Below, in pieces: positions 14,473 to 20,000 of a stretch of 20,000 bases of DNA. This stretch comes from an uncultured virus (IMG/VR IMGVR_UViG_3300047557_000941) (taxonomy: Duplodnaviria; Heunggongvirae; Uroviricota; Caudoviricetes; Crassvirales). Location of the stretch: the IMG/VR virus record IMGVR_UViG_3300047557_000941, positions 45,152 to 65,151 of that record, one strand, 5' to 3'. Positions within the stretch are counted from its first letter, which is position 1. Every line of letters starts with the position of its first letter. The position numbers were made by a program, and so were the translations under genes. The notes under the pieces are model-generated. The model worked only from the letters and a program-made list of their open reading frames with translations, was not told the DNA's origin and ran no database searches.

Positions 14473-14616
14473 ATGAAAAAGAAACTAAATAAGTTAGGAG
14501 TAGAAAACTCTTTGTGGAATAATATCCGTGCCAAATCAGGAAGTGGAAAGAAGCCAACTGCGGAAATGCTAAAGCAAGAAAAAAAAATTGTTGCTAAAGA
14601 AAAGAAGAAAAAGTAA
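14473..14616 (+). CDS. small Lys-rich protein (47 aa, not in track)
   Basis: MKKKLNKLGVENSLWNNIRAKSGSGKKPTAEMLKQEKKIVAKEKKKK*; TAATG overlap with the next gene. Confidence 0.65.
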   Translation: MKKKLNKLGVENSLWNNIRAKSGSGKKPTAEMLKQEKKIVAKEKKKK

Positions 14617-14891
14617 TGGCAGGACGGACATCTGAATACTATAAGACTCATCCGGAGGCTCGCAAAAAACGTCTTGAATATCAGGCTGAATATAACAAGA
14701 GAGCTGATCAATTAAAAAAGCGTATTGAGCTTAACAAAATCAACCGTGACCGTGGTCAATATGGCGATGGCGATGGCAAAGATATGAGCCACAAAAGAAA
14801 TGGCCGTATCGTTGAGGAATCAGCCAGCAAGAACCGTGGATCTCATTCAAATATGCCTGGTGATCGTCGTGCAAGAGGTAAGAAAAAGTAA
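14616..14891 (+). CDS. small basic protein with minimal HNH-like motif
   Basis: GDGKDMSHKRNG....ESASKNR resembles D.xH...N of short phage HNH-like proteins. Confidence 0.6.
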   Translation: MAGRTSEYYKTHPEARKKRLEYQAEYNKRADQLKKRIELNKINRDRGQYGDGDGKDMSHKRNGRIVEESASKNRGSHSNMPGDRRARGKKK

Positions 14892-14897
14892 AAAGTA

Positions 14898-15104
14898 ATG
14901 GCTATCTTAAAAGTTGGTGGGCAGACCCACAAAGTTTTCAAGAATAAACAGGGCGATGTAATTGTAGACCATACAGCAGGTAGACCTGCTGGCAAATGGG
15001 ATAAAATTAACCTAACTAAAAAGGCCAAAGCCAAGACAATAGAGGATGGTATTGAGTCGATTCGTAAGTGGCATAGAGAGAATCCTTATAAAACAAAAAA
15101 GTAA
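14898..15104 (+). CDS. small basic hypothetical protein
   Basis: 68 aa ORF. Confidence 0.65.
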   Translation: MAILKVGGQTHKVFKNKQGDVIVDHTAGRPAGKWDKINLTKKAKAKTIEDGIESIRKWHRENPYKTKK

Positions 15105-15132
15105 TATCTTTGTAATTCAAAATATCAAGATA

Positions 15133-15261
15133 ATGAAAAAGGTTAGCAAAAAAACAGCGTTCGACATCAAAGAAGCTAGTAATCAAAAATTAAAGCCTGC
15201 TGCACGTAAGCACTATGCTGAGAATGCTCAAGCTGCAATGAAAAACAAAAAGAAGAAATAA
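15133..15261 (+). CDS. small Lys-rich protein
   Basis: Start ATG 15133 (MKKVSKKTAF...KNKKKK); TATCTTTG -7 element at 15105-15112. Confidence 0.6.
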   Translation: MKKVSKKTAFDIKEASNQKLKPAARKHYAENAQAAMKNKKKK

Positions 15262-15262
15262 G

Positions 15263-15526
15263 ATGGGTGTTTTAAATTACGTACAGTCGGGGCGTGCTGC
15301 AGCAGTAACGCCATCAAACACTGATAATATTCCTAGCGTATCAGGTGGCACAAATGATGAGGGATGTATCCTTTACATTGGTGGTACTGGTAACTTAAAG
15401 GTGTTAACTATTGGTGGTGACGAGGTTATCTTCTACGCAGTACCAGCAGGCACAACTCTTCAAGTTCGTGTTAAGAGAGTTTTCTCTACAGGAACAGCAG
15501 CTACTAACATTGTTGCTCTTTGGTAA
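15263..15526 (+). CDS. head spike base-like protein (RcGTA Rcc01079-like)
   Basis: AAAVTPS...LYIGGTGNLKVLT.GG..V.FYAVPAGT.LQVRVKRVFSTGT.ATNIVAL matches the recalled family pattern. Confidence 0.7.
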   Translation: MGVLNYVQSGRAAAVTPSNTDNIPSVSGGTNDEGCILYIGGTGNLKVLTIGGDEVIFYAVPAGTTLQVRVKRVFSTGTAATNIVALW

Positions 15527-15527
15527 T

Positions 15528-15683
15528 ATGACGGAAGAGGATTTGAAAATAGGACTATTGAACGCATCGACATTGATCTTGTCGTTCACAAATATCGAAG
15601 CTGCCTTACGGTTGGCATTGTTGGCTGTGTCTATTATTTACACAGGGTTTAAGTTATATAACTTAATTAAAGGCAAAGAGTAA
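15528..15683 (+). CDS. holin-like membrane protein
   Basis: Start ATG 15528; 51 aa, hydrophobic helices and basic C-terminus, upstream of the endolysin. Confidence 0.55.
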   Translation: MTEEDLKIGLLNASTLILSFTNIEAALRLALLAVSIIYTGFKLYNLIKGKE

Positions 15684-15904
15684 TGTGGAATATATTTAAA
15701 GACTCAAACGATGTAAATGAGCAATCTGTTGCTGCATTTATAGCACTTGGGTTGGTAGCTATTATTGCTTTGGCTGATGTTGTTGCTGGTATTCTAGGTA
15801 ATGACTTAACCGTAAAAGAGTTTATTTTTAATTCACTATTAATATATTCTGCATCTGCATTAGGTATAGCAGGGTATAAATCAATCAATGGCAAAAGCAA
15901 ATAA
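15683..15904 (+). CDS. two-TM holin-like protein
   Basis: 73 aa; two hydrophobic segments and basic tail. Confidence 0.6.
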   Translation: MWNIFKDSNDVNEQSVAAFIALGLVAIIALADVVAGILGNDLTVKEFIFNSLLIYSASALGIAGYKSINGKSK

Positions 15905-16007
15905 CGAATCTAAAAAGGTAACCTTTGGCGTAAGACGAAAAGGTAAGCACTCTAAAACAAGTGGGCCAAAAGATTGCAAGTCAAAGAAATCGAGAGGTCA
16001 AGGATGA
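15888..16007 (+). CDS. small basic protein ending RGQG (39 aa)
   Basis: MAKANNESKKVTFGVRRKGKHSKTSGPKDCKSKKSRGQG*. Confidence 0.55.
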   Translation: MAKANNESKKVTFGVRRKGKHSKTSGPKDCKSKKSRGQG

Positions 16008-16123
16008 TAAAATTAACTACTTATGTAGTGTCGGCTATAGTAGCACTAGCTATGTGTATAGATCTTGTTTTTATTTTCTTGCATTTTTTTAATGAAGATT
16101 TAATTAGACAGATAATCAAATGA
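16004..16123 (+). CDS. small single-TM protein (39 aa)
   Basis: MIKLTTYVVSAIVALAMCIDLVFIFLHFFNEDLIRQIIK*; ATGA overlaps at both ends. Confidence 0.5.
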   Translation: MIKLTTYVVSAIVALAMCIDLVFIFLHFFNEDLIRQIIK

Positions 16124-16605
16124 AACTATCAGAGCACCTAGACTTATCAGAAGTTACAAGGTCAGATTCAGCCAAAAGAAAAGGCATTGCTAATACTCCA
16201 ACACCAGAACATTTAGAAAACTTCAAAAGACTTGCCGAGCATGTATTTGAACCTATTCGTAATCACTTCGGTGTACCTATTTACATTTCAAGCGGATATC
16301 GATCGAAAGAACTCAACAAATCTGTTGGGGGATCATCTACTTCTGACCACTGTTATGGCAGAGCTATTGACATTGATATGGATGGATCTAGTTCGGGTGT
16401 TACAAACAATGATATATTCCATTGGATTAAGGATAATCTAAAGTTCAAGCAACTCATTGCTGAGTTCCCTGAATCTGGCAAGCTAGGATGGGTACACGTG
16501 GCGTATGGAGACGGCTTAAATAACAATCAGATATTAGTTGCGACAAAAAAGGCAGGCAAAACTGTTTATTTACCATACAAAGGAAATGAAAAACTAGTAA
16601 GCTAA
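16120..16605 (+). CDS. endolysin, peptidase M15A (Peptidase_M15_3) family
   Basis: SGYRS..LN..VGG...SDH..GRAIDI...WVHV zinc-peptidase motifs. Confidence 0.9.
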   Translation: MKLSEHLDLSEVTRSDSAKRKGIANTPTPEHLENFKRLAEHVFEPIRNHFGVPIYISSGYRSKELNKSVGGSSTSDHCYGRAIDIDMDGSSSGVTNNDIFHWIKDNLKFKQLIAEFPESGKLGWVHVAYGDGLNNNQILVATKKAGKTVYLPYKGNEKLVS

Positions 16606-17051
16606 TGAAAAGATTGTTTTTATTATTGTTAATTATAACAGTTTCTTGTCGTCCAACAAAAACAATTACTGAATATAAAGAGGTTGTGCGTGTAGATACG
16701 TTTAAAATTGAACGTGAAGCAAAAATACTTCCAGCTGTACATGATACATTATTAATTGAGAATCCATGCGATTCTTCTGGCATTTTAAGCACGTTCTATA
16801 GCAAGATCAAGATACCGCAAGGGCAAGTAGTAATTCGCTCCGTACGTGGCAAGATTGAGGCCACAGTTGACATTGATTCAATCGCTCAAGTGTACGAAGA
16901 TAAGTATAGAAGCAAAAATAATTCTAGCATTAGTGTAAAAAACGTTGAGGTTATTAAATACTTAGTTCCTACTTGGGCTATTATAGTTATCCTAATAGAG
17001 TCGGCTATTATTATATTATATGCCTATTTCAAATTTCTAGTACTTAGATAA
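16605..17051 (+). CDS. lipoprotein with C-terminal TM; putative unimolecular spanin
   Basis: MKRLFLLLLIITVS-C signal peptide II; C-terminal WAIIVILIESAIIILYAYF; directly after the endolysin. Confidence 0.6.
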   Translation: MKRLFLLLLIITVSCRPTKTITEYKEVVRVDTFKIEREAKILPAVHDTLLIENPCDSSGILSTFYSKIKIPQGQVVIRSVRGKIEATVDIDSIAQVYEDKYRSKNNSSISVKNVEVIKYLVPTWAIIVILIESAIIILYAYFKFLVLR

Positions 17052-17092
17052 ATTTGCGTATTTTTGCTAGATAATAAGTAAAGACATTTTCA

Positions 17093-20000
17093 ATGGCGAG
17101 AATACAAACCTACCCAAACGACATATATGTTACTGGTAATGATAAATGGATTGGCTCAGACGCCAACAACGACTTCATAACCAAAAACTTTACAGCAAAT
17201 GCTGTTGCCGATTATTTTAATCGAGTAGGTATTATCGATACAGGTAGTTTCAACTGGTCATACAGAATGTATGCTCCGACAGAATCTCAACCTGCGAAGA
17301 CGTTTGAATTAGTTGACCATCCATACGACACAGTAGATGTAATTGGACTTGCAGGAACCATCAAGGTTTCTTTCTTGACAATGGCTAATACTGAGCCAGG
17401 TATCTTCATTGAGCAGGCTTGGTTAGATAAAATTATTCTTGTTAACCGTCCAGGATTTCCTAGTGAGTATGGATTATATAAAGTAACTGCTGTTGTTGAA
17501 GATGGTGATTACTATTTCTTAGACTTAGATTTTATTGGTGGCCATTCAGGTATTGTTAACGAAGATGAGCCAGTTACATTTGGGTTATTCTCAGGCGTAA
17601 GTGGCACATCAGGAACAACAGGAACCTCGGGTAGTAGCGGTAGCTCAGGCTCATCTGGAACATCAGGTATTGATGGAACATCAGGCACTTCAGGTACTAC
17701 AGGCACTTCAGGTTCATCAGGTACAACAGGTACGTCGGGTTCATCAGGTACAACAGGAACATCAGGTTCTTCAGGTACAGGTGGTACATCAGGTTCTTCA
17801 GGTACAAACGGTTCAGACGGTACGTCAGGTACACGTGGTACATCAGGTACCTCAGGCATTGACGGTATCGACGGTACAGATGGTACATCAGGGACTAGTG
17901 GAACAGATGGAACGGGAGGTACTAGTGGTACAACTGGAACTAGCGGTACATCAGGAATTGATGGAACTAGCGGTTCAGGTGGAACTAGCGGAACTAGTGG
18001 AGTTAACGGTACATCAGGTACAGGAGGTACAAGTGGTACAGACGGCACAGGTGGCACATCGGGTACGGACGGAACAGGAGGTACTTCAGGCACATCTGGT
18101 TCTAGTGGGTCATCGGGTATTGATGGAACTTCAGGAATAAATGGTACATCGGGCATTGATGGAACTAGTGGATCATCAGGAAGCTCAGGCACATCAGCTA
18201 CTTCAGGTACAGATGGCACAGGTGGTACGTCAGGCACGACAGGCACAAGTGGAGTTTCAGGAACATCAGGAACTACAGGTACATCAGGTACAGGTGGTAC
18301 TTCGGGTGTTGACGGTGTTAGTGGTGGTCGTGTTTATTATTTTAATAATAGCCAATCATCATCTGTTTCTCCATACAAAGTATTGTCTACTGAACCTACA
18401 TTAGGTGCATTACAGACTATAACTGTTAATATGACTGGTAACCAACAAAATGTGTTGGTTCAGCAATTTATAACAGAGCAATTAGGATTTACTATTATCC
18501 CATCAGGTGTACAAAGATTTCATCTTCATACATTAAAGCCTCAGGATAATGACAACATTCAAGTTTATGTAACATTACAACTTGCTGACTCCACAGGTAC
18601 TCCTTATGGTACATTAGCTACTTCATCTGTAGTTCTTTTAGCTTGGTTTGGAACAGGTGTAATTGCAGAGACTACAGTAGACTTTGTGTTTCCACATACG
18701 ACAATTTCTGCAACAGACAGAATGATTGTCAAGATTTACTATAACAATAATGTAAGCACTGCAAAAACTGCAGAATGGTACACAGAAGATAGTGAGTACT
18801 CATATGTTACTACATCTATTGCTGCTGCATCAGGTACAAGTGGTGTAAATGGTACTTCAGGTACATCAGGGGTAAGTGGAACTTCAGGTACAACGGGTAC
18901 AAGTGGTGTGGACGGTACATCTGGAACCGCAGGTACATCAGGAGCTGATGGAACTAGCGGAGTTAGCGGCACATCAGGAGTTAGTGGCACGTCAGGGGTA
19001 GATGGTACAAGTGGGGTGAATGGTACTAGTGGTAGTTCGGGAGTTAGCGGAACAAGCGGTAGCTCAGGAGCAAGCGGTACGTCAGGTGTATCAGGTACTT
19101 CAGGTATTAACGGAACTTCAGGCGTTGATGGGACTTCAGGATTAAGCGGTAGTTCAGGGACCTCAGGTGCAAACGGTACATCTGGTACGTCAGGAACAAC
19201 TCCTGTTGGTCAGATTACGGGTACGTTAACTGCAACAAAAGTACCTAAAGCAACAGGAGCTAATACAATTGCAGATAGTATCATCACAGACAGTGGAACT
19301 TATATTACAGTAAGTGCTGCTGCAGTTGATACCTATATTGCTAACTTTATTAACACAGACCCTACTTCATCAGGTATTTATGTAAAAGCAGATGGAGCTG
19401 CATTTGTTACCGAGCCATTATCAATGGTTGGTGGAATTACTTTAAACGCTAGTGGTTCAGCATCATTCAGCGGAGATATTACTGCTAATAAATTTATTAA
19501 ATCAGGTGGTACATCATCTCAGTTTTTAATGGCTGATGGATCAACATCAACAGGGCCTGCAGGTGGTATTACGGGTTCATTGGGTACTAATTACATTCCT
19601 AAAGCTACAGGTTCGACGACTTTAGGTAATAGCCTTATATATGATCACGGTGATGCAATTTCGGTTGCGACAACATCCAATGTAAATGCGGTTAGATTAC
19701 AGGTTGCGGCAACATCAGGAAGTTGGATTAGCGGAACATTTGCAGGTACAGGCAATGCCGATAAAGTCGTAATAGGCAATTATTTAGGGCCGACAATTGG
19801 CGGTCATAATTCTGCATTAAATGCTTGGGCTTCATTAGCAATTAATCCGGAGGGTGGCAATGTAATGATTGGGACACCAACAAATTCAGGATATAAATTT
19901 GATGTAAACGGAACAAGTAGATTTAGTGGAGCATTAACAATTAAAACATCATCAGTTGGAGGTACTTATTTTGGGCAATTAATTGTTGAGGAAAACGGAG
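17093..20000 (+). CDS. large virion fibre/tail-fibre protein with Gly-X-Y repeats, 3'-truncated
   Basis: ATG 17093 (MARIQTYPND...), open to the window end; two G-T/S-S repeat blocks; KFIKSGGTSSQFLMADGS, GTNYIPK and GNVMIGT...YKFDVNGT fibre motifs; TATTTTTG -7 element at 17059-17066. Confidence 0.85.
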   Translation, partial: MARIQTYPNDIYVTGNDKWIGSDANNDFITKNFTANAVADYFNRVGIIDTGSFNWSYRMYAPTESQPAKTFELVDHPYDTVDVIGLAGTIKVSFLTMANTEPGIFIEQAWLDKIILVNRPGFPSEYGLYKVTAVVEDGDYYFLDLDFIGGHSGIVNEDEPVTFGLFSGVSGTSGTTGTSGSSGSSGSSGTSGIDGTSGTSGTTGTSGSSGTTGTSGSSGTTGTSGSSGTGGTSGSSGTNGSDGTSGTRGTSGTSGIDGIDGTDGTSGTSGTDGTGGTSGTTGTSGTSGIDGTSGSGGTSGTSGVNGTSGTGGTSGTDGTGGTSGTDGTGGTSGTSGSSGSSGIDGTSGINGTSGIDGTSGSSGSSGTSATSGTDGTGGTSGTTGTSGVSGTSGTTGTSGTGGTSGVDGVSGGRVYYFNNSQSSSVSPYKVLSTEPTLGALQTITVNMTGNQQNVLVQQFITEQLGFTIIPSGVQRFHLHTLKPQDNDNIQVYVTLQLADSTGTPYGTLATSSVVLLAWFGTGVIAETTVDFVFPHTTISATDRMIVKIYYNNNVSTAKTAEWYTEDSEYSYVTTSIAAASGTSGVNGTSGTSGVSGTSGTTGTSGVDGTSGTAGTSGADGTSGVSGTSGVSGTSGVDGTSGVNGTSGSSGVSGTSGSSGASGTSGVSGTSGINGTSGVDGTSGLSGSSGTSGANGTSGTSGTTPVGQITGTLTATKVPKATGANTIADSIITDSGTYITVSAAAVDTYIANFINTDPTSSGIYVKADGAAFVTEPLSMVGGITLNASGSASFSGDITANKFIKSGGTSSQFLMADGSTSTGPAGGITGSLGTNYIPKATGSTTLGNSLIYDHGDAISVATTSNVNAVRLQVAATSGSWISGTFAGTGNADKVVIGNYLGPTIGGHNSALNAWASLAINPEGGNVMIGTPTNSGYKFDVNGTSRFSGALTIKTSSVGGTYFGQLIVEENG
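17594..18322 (+). repeat. Gly-X-Y repeat block 1 (~81 triplets)
   Basis: 9-nt period encoding GTS/GSS/GTT/GID/GTD; one Gly-to-Ala substitution near 18197. Confidence 0.9.
18833..19201 (+). repeat. Gly-X-Y repeat block 2 (~41 triplets)
   Basis: 9-nt period encoding GTS/GVS/GVD/GVN. Confidence 0.9.

Noticed and set aside
17512..18990. Pro/Val-rich minus ORFs and Gln/Val-rich plus ORFs
   Set aside because: Alternate-frame shadows of the 9-nt Gly-X-Y repeat.
1..20000. Stop-codon reassignment
   Set aside because: Genes are intact in code 11; TAG ends groEL and the DUF6321-like gene at expected positions, and TGA stops overlap downstream starts.

Overview
Fragment of a tailed dsDNA bacteriophage genome, very likely infecting Bacteroidota: there are repeated TAnnTTTG (-7) promoter elements, and start codons have A-rich contexts without Shine-Dalgarno motifs. 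1-6800 is a leftward 'early' arm of small genes, including a Sak-like ssDNA-annealing protein, a dNMP-kinase-like P-loop protein and a DnaA-C-like HTH protein, several sharing a repeated leader motif. 6800-7760 is the divergence point, with a GC-rich noncoding island and an origin-like AT-rich region. The rightward arm carries a phage groEL and groES separated by two nuclease genes (NUMOD4-HNH-AP2 and GIY-YIG-HTH) and an array of short hairpins. Next come a ~600-nt noncoding RNA cassette, a cluster of small basic proteins, a head-spike-base-like gene, a lysis module (holin-like genes, M15 endolysin, u-spanin-like lipoprotein) and the start of a large fibre protein with Pro-free Gly-X-Y repeats. 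The most unusual signals are noncoding: (i) three tRNA-like RNAs with intact acceptor/T arms but remodelled anticodon arms, interleaved with a pseudoknot and a repeated covarying GGAAAGAC hairpin; (ii) a ~90-nt kissing-loop RNA directly upstream of the HNH gene; (iii) a run of non-identical hairpins flanking the GIY-YIG-HTH gene. All family calls come from motif recognition by eye; no searches were run.
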